Shown piece by piece: positions 11,501-24,572 of a stretch of 64,000 nucleotides of DNA (its first letter is position 1; every line of letters begins with the position of its first letter). The position numbers were made by a program, and so were the translations under genes. The notes under the pieces are model-generated. The model was not told the DNA's origin. It saw only the letters and a program-made list of their open reading frames with translations, and made no database searches. Source of the DNA: Lama guanicoe (Eukaryota); NCBI GenBank assembly GCA_013239625.1, contig MU054117.1, forward strand, positions 4,516,677 through 4,580,676, written 5' to 3'.

Positions 11501-12875
11501 GGGAAAAACAGTCATAACTTCGACTGTAATTGGCAGCTATGGCTGTTATCAGAGGCTCAACCTTGTAATTCTGGAATGAAGACTGTGTTTTACATCTAAA
11601 AGTCACTATAGACTTAACCCTAAAAGCCACAGGAAAGTCTTGGGACTGCCACACATCACTGCTGGGCCAGGGAGATCTACCCACACTGAGCACAACTGGG
11701 GAACAGAGCAGACAAAAGAGAGTCTCTGTGACATTGCAACCCACCGGCCCTGCTAACAGACCAGGTGCAAATGTCACGGCCTGGCACCTAGCCGACACAC
11801 AGCAGATGAAACTGTTACTTTGAATTCCAGGCTCTCACTCCTCCTGTGAGGCTACACTGATGGTAACTCAAGGATGTTGGAACTCTACCTGGTCCAACAC
11901 TGCAAACTCCACAGGCCCAGCTGCGCCAGGAGCAGGCTGAAAGAGGGCGAGGGTGGCTCTGGGAGACCCCTCTCAGAGCGGGAGGGGTGGCCTCAAACTG
12001 GGCTTCCCAACCTTACCCGGGAGCGGGGGTTGCCCAGGTGCTGGGCCGCTCCCGCAACCACCAGGCCGGGAAGCCCAGGCCGGCTGGCCCCAAGCCGCCT
12101 GTGGGCCTCGGCACCGACGAGGCTGCTTTAGAACTCGCCTTACGAGCAAGGCTGAGCGCCCGCCCCTGGCACATGCCAAAGTGACCCTGCCGACCCTGCG
12201 CTTGTAAATTTTTCCTGCCCACCCCCCAGATAAATAAATAAAGACCATCCCTTTCCCACGCCTTAGGATACTGGGAGAGTCATCCTGAATCCCAGTGCTT
12301 AGCAGGTGGGGACCCAGGTGGAACCCACCTGCAGGAGAGTTCCAGATCAGCTCTGGGGAACACGAAACAGCAAATGGACAGACATTCTATATTCGGGTCT
12401 CATACCTTCTACTCAAATGTAATCGGGTCTCCTTCCAATCAGCTCTTTACTGGGCTCAGCACCACCCACTGCACGACCCTCCCTCCCTTCCTCACTAGGT
12501 CCCTCCTTCCTCCAAGGCCTGACTTCGATCCTCATCACCCCCCATAACAGCTGTGGCGGAGGCCGTCCGCTGACTGTCAAAGGTCCTGGTCCCTTCCCGA
12601 AGGGTGCAGTTTTGGCTGGAATGACCGCCCAGCCGGCCCCCTGCAGCCGCGTGTTTAAGAAGCAGGTGTGCCTTCTTCACGCTCCTGCCGCAACCACCGG
12701 CTAAATGGGTAAAACCCTGAGGACCCAGAGGAAGGAAGGAAGGATCTTGGGTCCCAGAATGAGCACATGAAAGGCCACCTTGTCAGGACTGACCGAACTG
12801 ACAGTGACACAGTGAGAAATATTTTATATTGTACTAAACACTGAGACTTCCAGGCTTGCCTGTTACAGCAACCAG

Positions 12876-13529
12876 CATTACAGATGCAGCTGACACTGAC
12901 TGCTGCTCTGACCTTCCACAGTCCTTCAGGTGGGGCCGCAATGCCACGCCTTCCTTTAACTGCTTATAAGAAAGAAGGAGAATGTGGCATGGCTTTCTTG
13001 ACAGAACTGAAGCCATTTCAGGCTTAACTCATTTTGTAATCTAAGCCTGGCCACCATGCTTGCCCTTGAGGAGGTCTCAGTAATGAAAGATCTCAAGGGA
13101 ACAAAAGAATGCAGAAACAAATGGCAGGTATTAGGCAAGAGAAGTAACAGCAAAGATCAGCAAAGATACATATCAGTTGTAGAGACTCCAGTTCTGCTTC
13201 AACGGGAAGGATTAGCCTGAGGCTCTCAACCATCAGGGCAGCTGGGACCTGAGAGAGGACGATGCTGGCCTTCTCTGACCCATGGGACTTCAGTCAACGG
13301 AAGCCCGGACTCGGTCGGCCCCTCAGGTCCCTTTGTGAAAAAGCATGTACCCCTAGCTTAAAACTTCCCCATTTGGCTGTTTGGGGAGACGCTGCTTGGG
13401 GAAAGATCCCCGGTGTTCTGCTTAACTTCCTGCAAGTAATAATACATCCTTTCTTCTCCCACCCTTAGCCTTGGTTTTGTCTTTTGGCTCAACACCCAGC
13501 AAGAGGTGAGCCCAATGTTTTGGGTAACA
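12876..13529 (+). mobile_element. Solo ERV1-type LTR related to the 7304-7915 copy, following an MLT1-like end
   Basis: Shared blocks ctaagcctggccaccatgc-tgcccttga and gcatgtacc-agcttaaaacttcccc; ends ggtaaca; 5' boundary uncertain. Confidence 0.7.
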
Positions 13530-13604
13530 CTAGTGTTACCAAAGCAGCTGCCACTGACCTTCCGCGGTCCTCGCGGGCAGGGCCAACTGATAGCACACTT
13601 TGCC

Positions 13605-13960
13605 TTGTGTGGTTAGGATGCTTTGGGCCACAGATATCAGGAGCCCAAACTCAAAAAGTTTTTGGCAATAAGGAACTTACTTACAGGAAGTTCAGAGGTA
13701 GAGCTGTACCATGGCTTTTGCCCTTGAGTTTGTCCCTTCAAGGTCACAGGTGGCAGAAGCAACTCAAGGCTTCATCTTCTCCTGCAATGTCTATGTCTTA
13801 AAAAAATGGAAGAAATAATGCTTCCTCGTTGTGTCTCTTTTTCAAGAATATGAAAACTGTTCCAAGAATTTCTGCAGAAGACATCCCCTCGCATCTCGCT
13901 GGACAGAACTGATCACAAGGAATTCTTAAATCGAGGCATGTAGAGATGAATTACCATGAT
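13605..13960 (-). mobile_element. LTR33-like ancient LTR
   Basis: ggttaggatgctttgg...ggaagttcagaggtag...cagaagacatcccctcgcatctcgctggacagaactgatcaca. Confidence 0.5.
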
Positions 13961-14530
13961 GGGTCAGACTAAGCAAGACTCACTCCGCCAGCCCAGGCCC
14001 AGGGCTGGGGAGGGTCCCAGCCTCTCCTGGGGCACACGGTCTCTGGACACCGGGAGTTGGGGGGATACGGTACTGGGCAGACCCCAACACTGTAACCAGA
14101 CATGTGTCCAAGTTGTCCTTTATTGTCTCAACCTGGGAAAGATATAAGCTACTGGGCAGGAGGCCTGGATTCTGAAGCCACCAAGCTTTTATAGGGATAG
14201 AGTTGGAGAGAGAGAGAGAGAGGTTACCAGGCACTAAAAACCCCAAGAAGCAACAAGGAGTGAGCAGGAGCCTGTGAATGATTACAGCCAGGTGAGCCCG
14301 ACTTTCTTCTCCAAGGATCTCTTTCCTGCCTTGGGACACAGGCCTCAGCTTTGCCACCTGTGGAATGTGGACTCTCTAAGGTCTCAAGTCCCCTGATGGT
14401 AACCTCCTGCGGCCACAAGCAAGACACTTTCTCTAGATCCTCATCACAGCTCTGGGTGCAGGGCTGGCATTCAGTGGGGACAGCAGCCATTCAAGAATTT
14501 TAATGTGAGACTCTGTGAGAGAACCAGTGA

Positions 14531-15295
14531 TGTTGTGATTTATACTAAGAAATTGCCTTTGGTCTTCATTCCGTTTCTGGCACAGAGTTTCTAAAACCCC
14601 GGGAATTTTCCTCAGTGATAAAAAAATAAATAAAGTTGTCACTATCTTAACAAACTCCTTTCAGCCACACCTGAGCTTATGTTAACGAGGTGGCTCTTGG
14701 AAAGCACTTGAGGTTGGGGCTGGTTGCCAGGGGAAACCACCATGTGATGGGTGGCCTGGAAATTTCAGTCCCAGCCACTGACCTCTGGGAAGGGGAGACA
14801 GGCTTGAGGCTGGATCTATCACCCACGGCCAATGATTTAATCAACCATGACTGTACAATGAAGCCTCCACAAACACCCACAAGGATGGGGTCTGGAGAGC
14901 ATCCAGGCTGGTGAACCAGAACACCTCCATGTGCGCTGTGTTGGGCCTCAGACTCCCCAGGGGCAGAAGGCCCTGCCTTGGAGAACCCACCCTAGGTATC
15001 TCGTCATCTGTTCATTCACATTCTTTAATATCCTCTGTAATAAACTGGTAATCTAGTGAGGAAGCGGGCTCCCTGAGTTCTATGAGCTGCTCTAGCCAAT
15101 GAACGGAACCCCCGGACGGGGTTGCGGGAACCTCTGACTTACAGCCAATTGGTCAGAAGCACAGACAACCCGGACTTTTTAGGCGTCTGATGCGGGGGCA
15201 TTCTGGTGGGACTGAGCCCTCGGCCTCTGGAATCCGATGCTGTCTCAGGGCAGAGGGTGTCAGAACTGAGTTGAATAGGACACACAGCTGGTAAC
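14531..15295 (+). mobile_element. MER21-family LTR
   Basis: ggggctggttgccaggggaaaccaccatgtgat...ggccaatgatttaatcaaccatg...aatgaagcctcc...cagaactgagttgaataggacac. Confidence 0.8.
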
Positions 15296-17008
15296 AGAAA
15301 CGTAGAGCCCAGCGTCCATAAAATGTGGTGATTTGCGGTTGCAGTGAAGCGTGAAATCTGAATCTCACGCTGTGAGGTTGGTCTGTAAGCGTGAATCAGT
15401 CAGCTGGTGAGGGGGTTGGGAGGTGCTTTGCAAAGGCTGCACTGAGCTGCGAGACGGGCCTGAGTTCAAATCCTGACTCCGATGCAGAGTGACCCGGGGC
15501 CAGGCGCTCAGCCTCTGAACTCCTGACTCTCCTCTATAAAACGAGGGGTAACCTGTGCCTTGTGGGGTTGCTGTGGGCACACAGAGAGGCTCTGTAGATG
15601 GTGGCGGACCTTGAAATTGCGTTGCCTGGTGAGCGTCTGTGGAGAGAGCAAGAGGTCTGAGTGAGGAAACCCTGCCTGGGGGCTGGGTCGGAGGCAGGCT
15701 GCCAGGGCTACGAGACAGGCCGGCTCTCACTGGTGGGCGAAGGGAGGGCAGCTGCTCCGGGCTGGGGGACGCTGGGAAGAGTTAGGACCAGAAGTCTTGG
15801 GGCAAGGAGGAAAGACCGCCTTCCAACTCCTGGACATTTCTTGGAGTTTTGAACTTGTTAAAATACTTCTCTCCAGCACTAACCCTGTAACGTATTCATG
15901 ACTTCAAGATTCTCAGTAACATCCTTCCAATCGCCTGGCCTCTGAGTTCTTTGACCTCCTCACCCACTCTCAGGGCCAATGGCTCTCAAACCTGTTTATG
16001 ACCCAACCACACCTGTGACTCAGGACACACACACACACCACGCACACAGACCTCAACGACCCAAAGCTTTATCATCCCGTACTCACCCTCCCTACGTCCG
16101 GCGAGCTCTGCTATTTCCTATTCTGCCCTATTTCATTTTTACTGATGCACTAACTTAATTTGATGATCCACTAATGGGCTAGGTCTCTCATTTTGAAAAA
16201 CACTGCCCTAGATTTTTTTCATGACATCATTCCAGTCTTAAAGAGCAAAAAGCTGAGGAGGGACCAGCAAAGGAGACGGAGACAAAGTAGCCAACGAAGT
16301 AGGAGAACAAAGACCCCCCCTCATCAGCTCGTCCCTGCGGTGCACTCTCTGATCTCCTCCTGTATGTCTCCTGTCTAAGAACTTCCTCTAGAATCCCAAA
16401 TCCACCCATTCCCCCACACTGCCCAAAGCCTCCAATCCACTGACCTTACCTCCCTCTCCCTGCCTGTCACCCCCCCATGACGTCACTTCCTCTTTATCCG
16501 GTTCAGTCTGCACAGCCCAGAATAATCATCCATTAACTGATTCATTCAATGAAGAGCTACCCAGGGCCCACACTGTGCCAAGCACTAGGTGCTGGAGACA
16601 CAGCCGTGAAGAGACAAAGGCCCTGCCTGTGAAGAGCTTTTTTATTGGGGGAAACAGACAATAAACAAATAAATCAGAACATTTAGGCTGTCTCAGCATA
16701 ACAGCCAGTGCCAAGGCCCAAGGCAGCAGGGTGCCGACAGGTCCCAAGGACAGCACAGAGGCCAGTGAGGCTGGAGCAGAGCAAGAGAGAGTCACAGAAA
16801 AGGAGGCCAGAGAGGCAACAAGAGCCACGTGGTTGCACAGGCCCTTCCAAGGGCTGTGGGTTTTCATCTGAATGAGGTGGGCTGTCATTGCAGGGTTTGC
16901 AGAGAGGGAAGTATCCCGACCTGACTTAGGTCTTTAAAGCCTCCCTCTGTTTGGAGAATAGACCACAGGGAAACCAAAGAGGAAGATACAGGTTAAGACA
17001 CTATTGGA

Positions 17009-17612
17009 ACTGGATGAAGAAGACGTGGCACTGGAGGGGAAAGTAGAGCTCAGAGGTAGCGCACGTGCTTAGCATGCACAAGGTCCTGGGTTCAATTCCC
17101 AGTTCCTTTCATTATATAAATAAATAAACCTAACCCCCCCCAAAAAAGGGTGTAGCATAAATGTATCGTGGACTATTACTCAGCCATAAAAGTAGAAAAT
17201 TCTGCCATTTGCAACAACGTGGATGGACTTGGAGGGCATCATGCTAAGCGAAGTCAGTCAGACGGAGAAAGACAAATACTGGGTGATATCACCTCTATGT
17301 GGACTCTAAAAAATACAAAACCTGGTGAATATAACCAAACAGAAGCAGACTCACACATACAGAGAACAAACTAATGGTTACCAGTGGGGAGGGGGAGGGG
17401 GCAGTATAGGGGTAAGGGATTAAGAGGCACAACCTACCATGTACAAAACAAGCTACAAGGATATATTGCACAACACGATGAGTAAAGCCAATATTTTATA
17501 ACAACTATAAATGGAGTACAGCCTTTAAATGTTGTGAATCACTATATTGTACACCAGTAACGTATAATATTGTACATCAACTATACTTCAATAAAAAATT
17601 TGTAATTAAAAA
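17009..17612 (+). mobile_element. 5'-truncated L1 3' end with TSD
   Basis: ctattactcagccataaa...ggatggacttggagggcatcatgctaag...ctatacttcaataaaaaa; TSD aagacactattgga / aagatgctattaga. Confidence 0.85.
17033..17147 (+). mobile_element. Vic-1-type tRNA-derived SINE inside L1
   Basis: tagagctcagaggtag...gcttagcatgcacaaggtcctgggttcaattccc. Confidence 0.8.
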
Positions 17613-18189
17613 AAGATGCTATTAGATTAATCCAGGTGAGAGATGATGAGGTTTAGACCAGGGTAGACGGGGAGTAAGTAGGGAGAAGTGGATCTAATTG
17701 TGAAGGTCAGTCGAGAAGGATTTGCTGATAGGACAGAGTTGAGGGGACTCCAAGGTGCTGGCCTGAGCAACAGAAAGTATGGAGTTGCCTTTTACTGATA
17801 AGGGGAGACTTTAAGAAGAGGTTTGGTGGGAGGGAATTAGGTGCTTAATTTTATATACGTCGATCAGAAACCGAAGCAAAGGAGTATCGGGGCAGAAATT
17901 CAATATATGAAGTTCAGCAGGGGGGTCTGGGAAGGAGCTCTAAACTGGGAGAGATTCGCATCTGCTTGACATTACAGCCAAAGACTGGATGGGAGGACCT
18001 TGGGAATGAGTGAAATAGGACACAGAAGAGGTCCAAGGACATAGCCCAGCGGTCAGGTTGATGGGGGGAAGATGGCAAAGGAGGAGCAGCCAGCGCGGTG
18101 AGGGAGAAGAGAGAGAGCAGGTCGAGGAGTGCTAGAAGGAAAGGGCATGACACTCCACGCTGCCGGCTGCCAGTGGGTCGAGGATGGAG

Positions 18190-19060
18190 AGGCTCATCTT
18201 GATCAGTAATCAGGGAAATGCAAATCCAGACCACGAGGGGATACCACTTTACCCCGCTGGTAATACCCAGGGAGCCTGACAAGGCCACCTGTGGGAAGAG
18301 GCTTTGCTTAAACACAGCAGCAGGCTCTCCTGGGTGTGGCCAGTAGAAGTGTAACTACAACCACTTTGGGAAACAGCGTGGCATCTTTTCTGATGACAAT
18401 ACAAGACGATGTTGTACATCCCAGCGATTCTTCCCCTAGGAATCTACCCAGCAGAGATGCTTGCATGGGCACACCAGGAGGTGTGCAAATAATGTTCTTA
18501 ACTGTGCTGTTGTGTATTGCAAAGAGCAAAAGGAATGAAATAATGTCGTTTACAGCAACATGGATGGACCTAGACGTTGTCATACTAAGGGAAGTCAGAC
18601 AGAGAAACACAAATATTATATGATATCACTTACATGTGGAATCTAAAAAATAAATACAAATGAACTTATTTACAAACAGAAACTGACTCACAGTGTTAGG
18701 AAACAAACTATGGCTACCAAAGGGGAAAGGAGGGAGGGAGGGTGGGATAAACAGAGAATTTGGGATTAACAGATACACACTACTGTATATAAGAGAGAAA
18801 GAACAAGGACTTACCACAGAGCACAGGGAACTATATTATATTACTATATCTTGTAATAACCTATAATGGAAAAGAATTTGGAAAAGAATATATAGATACA
18901 CATATATGAAAATCACTTTGCTATACACCTGAAATATTGTGTATCAACTATACTTCAATTTTTTTAAAAATTATTTCAAGGAACAGCGCAAGAGCTCGTG
19001 GCAGGAGAGTGGACAAATAAATCGTTTTCTTTACATGATGAAATACTCTATAGCAGTGAC
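18190..19060 (+). mobile_element. Old L1M fragment with a younger L1 3' tail (~18522-18970) inserted
   Basis: agggaaatgcaaat...; aggaatgaaataatgtcg...catggatggacctaga...caactatacttcaatt. Confidence 0.75.
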
Positions 19061-19079
19061 TACGAATGGGTCTGGGTCA

Positions 19080-19520
19080 CGCTTTTAAAACATAAGTCAG
19101 ATCTTGTAGTCCTCAGACCCCACAATGAGCCTCCATCTCTCTTGGAGTGAAAGCCAGTCTTCACAGGGGCCTGCAAGCTCTGTGCCCGATCTGGCCCCAG
19201 CCACCTCTCTGTCCTCACCGTTTCCCTCTGGTTCAGGCCAAGTGGAAAGCCACCTTCCTGTTCTTCCGCCTGGAAGGCTCTTCCCCAGAGAGACACACAA
19301 GTGCGTTTCTCACCGCTCTTCAAATGCCGTCCTATCAGCGAGGAGTTCCCAGCTGGCCTCCTCATTGTAGTGTGTCCCCCTTAACCTGCTTTCTTGTCAC
19401 AGCCTGATCACCCCAGTTTGTCTCCCCCACGGAGAATATAGGCTGCTGGAGGGCAGGACATTGTCTGTTTTGTCCTGGCACAAGGCCACCTCCAGGATGG
19501 CCAAGGCCTGGGCACGTATT
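19080..19520 (+). mobile_element. L2a 3' fragment
   Basis: ttttaaaacataagtcagatc...gagggcaggacattgtctgttttg. Confidence 0.65.
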
Positions 19521-21847
19521 CCTTTTCTGGACCTCTGTCTAGATAAACAATTGGAGTCACACCAAATCAGCACAAGTCAGCACCATTCCAGCAACTCAGC
19601 CTCCCGTGATCCCACACCAGCCAGCGGAGTGAGCTGCCTCCTGGAACTGAGGTCTGGCCGCGGGGCCCAGAGCTCCTGGGGTCAAGTCCACGTGGGCGTG
19701 GAGGGTCGGAGAGCACACTTAGTGGACCCGGCCCGGGCTAGAGGTGGTACTGCCTAGCACACACAAGGTGTCACTAACAATTATTGCAAGGATACACTGA
19801 GCTTGATTTTTTTCCCTTCTTCCCTCCTCTCTGTCCAAACTCTGGCTGAGAGACCACAGGCTTCACCTGAACAAAGGCTGCTCTCCAGGGAGCACAGTTT
19901 GCCGGGCTCACACAGAGAGGAAGGCTCAGAGAGCAGCAGAGGGGGTCATGCCCCAGACTGGGTCATTTTGGGGGGAATCATTCAGGCACGTGGAGCACGA
20001 CTCGCATGAATGAGCTTCCTGGACCCCCAGGGTTGAGGGCGTTAACATGGAACTGCCTGCCTTAGTGAGCTTGGTTGGAGCCAGGGCTCAGGCTCCCAAT
20101 GGTACCTTGGGGGGCTTTTCTGCGCCCCCACCCGCCCCCAGGAAGCCGGGCTGGGGATTAGGAATGGGAGGGAGGCGGCAGGTGGGGCTCCAATCCTTTT
20201 AGAGGCTGGAGGCTCCAGAGGGCAGGGCCCAGGCTCCACCCTGGACCTTGACCTGAACAGGCGTGCTGTGCTGGGTGCCTGCAGCATCTTACCATTTCGG
20301 GCCCTCTCCGCTGCCCTCGTGACGGAGGTGCTATAATGCCCATTTTTATGAATGATGAAACTAAGACTCAGAGAGGTTAAGTAATTTGTCCAAATTCACA
20401 AAGTGATGGAGTCAGGATTTAAGGCATGTCTGTTTGCCGCCAAAGCCCACAGCACCAGCCTCCGGTACCACACACCTCTCGGGAACACAAAGACCCCCAG
20501 AGCCTGGAAATCTGAGCTCCAAGGTCCTTGGCATCCAGCCTTCAATGCCCATAACAGGGAACACAGCATGCAGACTCCTGAAAGGCCGAGGAGGGGCCCC
20601 GAACACAAGCACCCAAAGCATTTCCAGTGGCGGGAGACACAGTGGACATCATGGGAGTGTCCACCTGAGCACAGACCCTGCCAGACACCGGAATGTCAAG
20701 TGCACTTTCCAGACCAGACCCTCTGGCCCTTGGGCCATGGGGCCGACTCACTGTGGACAATTCACAGAGGAGGACAAAACACAAAGTCCTGTGGGATCAG
20801 AGCCTGGGGCCTCCAGCTGAGGCAGACCGGGGCCTGTCCTCACAATGGAAATTCACCTGCCCGGGCTGGACAGGCGGCCTCCTCACCTGGCCGGAAGGGC
20901 AGTGCCAGCTCCTGTGAGGGAAGGAACTGGATGGGAGGGAGGAGGCCTGCCTCTCTCTGCAAGAATTCCCAGGAAGCCTCTGCCCGCTCCCCGGACAACC
21001 GCGGAGACCTGGAACCAAGATGAGAGCTCTGGGCGGGAGAAGGTGGACTTTCCCTGCAAAAACAGAGGGGAGGAATTTAATTTTTGTTTCTGAGAGGAAG
21101 AGGGTAGTGATGGGAGGGCAGAGGAAGGAAGGTGAGGAAAGACGGAGGAATACTAAGGAACAGGGAGCCGGGCTGTGCAAATGCCCCAAGAAGCCGGTTT
21201 CGTAAGAACACGTGGGCTAACATGGGCTGGCATCCAGTTTGCAGCCGTCACTGCTGCCCTCAGCTCTCCCTCCATCTCCCCGGGCTGACTGTAAAGCCAG
21301 CGCCAAACAAATGCCTTGCGGTGGGGCAGGAGGAGGTGGATTTTGAAATAAAGGAAAAAGGTTGCTAGGTTGACAAACACAGACAGCACCGGCTGTGGCA
21401 ATAAGGTCGCCGCCCAGACAGAATCAGGAAGTCAGAGCCAATTGGCCAAGACACCTCCACCCCTTCCCAGGCCACCTTAGAAAGCGCGGGGAAGACACTG
21501 GACTGTCCACAAGGGGTGATGCGGGGACGAGCCAACCTTGTCTAGATGCTGAGAGGCAAGGTGACCCAGCTGCCCATCGCCTCCGCCCCGGTTAACATGT
21601 GCTAGGACCTTCCGTCAGGTTCTAACCGTGACCTCACGTGCCCCTGCTTTGGGCACCTGGGTGCTGGCTTTTGAGTAACACCTGGAGAGCATTTTCATGT
21701 GCAGTCTGTGAGGGATGCCCCCTTGATGACGGCATGCACCGCAGCCCTGAGTTACCCTGTTCACTTCTCTAAGCCTGGGTTTCCTCATCATAAACAGGGA
21801 CCCCAACCCCTACCTCACAGGTTGCAGGGATGAAACAGAAATCTCCA

Positions 21848-22145
21848 TGATGGTTAATGTGATGTGTCGATGTGGCTCGACCACAGTGCCCAGACATGTG
21901 GTCAAACATTATTCTACGTGTTTCTATGAGGATGTTTTTGGATGAGATTTATACTGAGATCTGCGGACTTGAGTACAGCAGGTGGCCCTCCATAATATGG
22001 GTGGGCCTCGTCCAACCAGTTGAAGTCCTGGAGAGAACCAAGTCTAACATCCTCTGGGAAAGAAGACATTTCGCAGCAGGCAGCCTTCAAACTTGAACCA
22101 CACCATCAGCTCTTCCTGGGGCTCTAGTCTGACAGCCCACCCAGC
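21848..22145 (+). mobile_element. MLT2 (ERVL) LTR fragment
   Basis: tgatggttaat...tgcccagacatgtggtcaaacattattct...ccctccataatatgggtgggcctcgtccaaccagttgaag. Confidence 0.8.
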
Positions 22146-24506
22146 AATCAAGGTCACTGCCTTCAGGGATGCGAGATAAGCTTTGCACAAAAACCGTGGG
22201 GTTTCATCGGCTGTGGGTCTTAATCAGCTCCTCCAGCCTACGTGACCGGAGTCAGCGTGACTCCCAAACAGCTCCCAGGGGCAACGGCACACTGTGGCGG
22301 GGGCTGTTCTGTCTGCATAAACAACTTCTTTAGTTGCTCCTCTCGGTGCGCAGGAGGGTGCCGTCTTGTAGGTGTAGGATTCCCATTCCGCCCTCCTGGG
22401 GAGATGTTCTCTGCTGTGCTGAACTAGAAAATCTGAGACGTATACATTGGGCTAAAGGGGCTTAAACACGGAAGTTGCCTTGGAAAGAGTCCGGCCGGGA
22501 CATCTCACCTTGCGGATGGGGCACAGAGACACACAGCGGGGAGGCCCTTCACACAAGGGCAGTTAGGGACAGAAGCAGAGCCCTGGCCCTGTGCGAGGTT
22601 CCAGGCGACGTATGTCCATGAGAAACACAAACCGGTTAAGAAACTTTCTCTAGGTCCCGCCGCAGCTGGTGGCGGAGCAGGATGTGAACCCAGGCCCTCC
22701 ACGCTTCGAGCCCATGCTGTTCTCACCAGCCCCCGAGGGGAAAGTGAGAGAGCCAGGCACAGACACACGGATACTTACAGTCCCGTGTTCCTATTTCGGG
22801 GCTTCTCCCTTTGATTTCCTTGAGCCAAACAATCACCGTGTAGTTTTACCCGCCCCCCCACAACCCCAGACAGATCTGCAACTTAAAAACATCACTCAGC
22901 ACACATTTCTGGAGTGCTCGCTGCACGTGAAGCATGGGGTCATCACATCCAAAGGGAAACAAAGTCACCACACATGGTGGGGAGGAGTGGTGTGGGCAGG
23001 CTCACAAACCAGGAAATGGACAGCTGTGGTCCAGATTAAGAACTGATGTGACCGGGGGCAGAGGGGGACGTGGAGAACACACTGGGAGGGCACTCGAGCT
23101 GTAGGACAGGGTCTTAGGCAATACCTCCTGAGGAAGTGACCCATGAGCAGGGACCCATGGAGTTGCAAAGGAGTCGAGGGCTTGTGACATGGTGAACAGC
23201 AGCGCAGGGCGGGGGCTTTCTAAGGCCCCGAGCTGATCCACCCCCGGCCCCTCCCCACCCCTGACCAGCGGCCCTCCATGGCCTTCCACCCTGCGAGAAA
23301 ATCCAAGCCTCTGAGCACACCTGCATCCAGCTGGGGCCGTTTAGAATACCGCTGCAACACCCAAGCGAGGATGGCAAGTGGAAGAGTGACCGCAGCCAGG
23401 AGAATTGGGGGCACGCGGCAGGTCAAGGAGGGAGATAAGGGAAGTCAGTGAGCACACAGCGCTCCCAGAAGTGGGGGAGCTCACCCAAGGAAAGTGGGCA
23501 GGATGGGAAGGGAAAGAGGAACACAGAGATTTAAGGAACCGAAGTGTCCAAGCGAAGGCAGAATGAGGGAGTCCAAACTGGAACTGGTCGCTGACATTGC
23601 ATAGATCAATTTACTAGACCAACGCACACGGGAGGGGGACAGCTGGCTTTGAAACCGCCCACTCCCGGGGTGTGGATTGTCCTCAATGTGATCACACTTA
23701 ACCCCCCCCTCAGCTTCCTCATCTGTAAAATGGGCTAGTAATAGTATCTACCTCTTTGGGTTGATGTTGTGAAGATTCAATGGGTCTCTACATGCAAGTG
23801 TGTAGGGCAGCACCTGACATGTTGAACTTGACAGATGTTCTATTAAAAAATACGATGGGCTGATGTGTGAGGGAACCAGAGCGGGTGATGGTCTGAGCCT
23901 CAGTTCATCTTACGGAGTTTGACCCTAAAGCAGAGGGGAAAACCAGTAGCTGAAGGAGAAGAGGGGTCCAGTGAGGGTTTCCTTTTTAAGACAGGAAAAA
24001 CATGAGCATGTAGAAATGCTGATTAGAAGGAGCCAGGAAAGAGGAAGGTTGAAGACTTGGGCATTTGGGGGAGGAGGTAGAAGATTTCAGGTGCCCAAGA
24101 AAGGGCAGGAGGCAGGTGAGGTGGGGCAGAGGCCAGTCAGAGGGTGGGTGGGTGTGGGTGGGAGGCAGGGCGCTCCACCTTCTGTATACTCCCCGGAGTA
24201 GAGTTGTTGGCGCCATCCGCGGGGAAGGAGGGGGCGGGTGGGAGGCAGGCAGAGGTCAGGCCCACCCTTACAGGGAGGTGGAGAACCTCTTTTCATCCGC
24301 CCAGCTGAGAATAACCTCTCACCTCATACTACGGAAGGATTCACAAGACAGTTCCTGAACACACCCTCATTCCATCCTCCCCGCACCTCCAGGGACTGTC
24401 CTGTCACACCCCTTTGTTGGAGGGAAACCAAGCCTGAGGAGGGTTAAGACTCCAGAAGCAAAACCAGGTTTTCAGAGCACTAGGGCGCTCCTGGATCTCC
24501 CTGGAG

Positions 24507-24572
24507 GCACGTGTGCGCGCGCGCGCGCACGCACACACACAAACGCACGCGCGCACACGCACACACGCATAC
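24507..24572. repeat. Alternating purine-pyrimidine (CG/CA) tract
   Basis: gcacgtgtgcgcgcgcgcgcgcacgcacacacac...cgcacgcgcgcacacgcacacacgcatac. Confidence 0.9.

Larger units (their letters stand above)
16500..18140 (-). mobile_element. L2 LINE, interrupted by an L1 tail carrying a SINE
   Basis: ttcattca tail, gaggccagtgaggctggagcagag, taatccaggtgagagatgatg, ggagttgccttttactga. Confidence 0.75.

Noticed and set aside
7304..13529. Full provirus bounded by two related LTRs
   Set aside because: The LTRs differ at their 5' ends, the first has its own TSD, and no retroviral coding remnants are visible between them.
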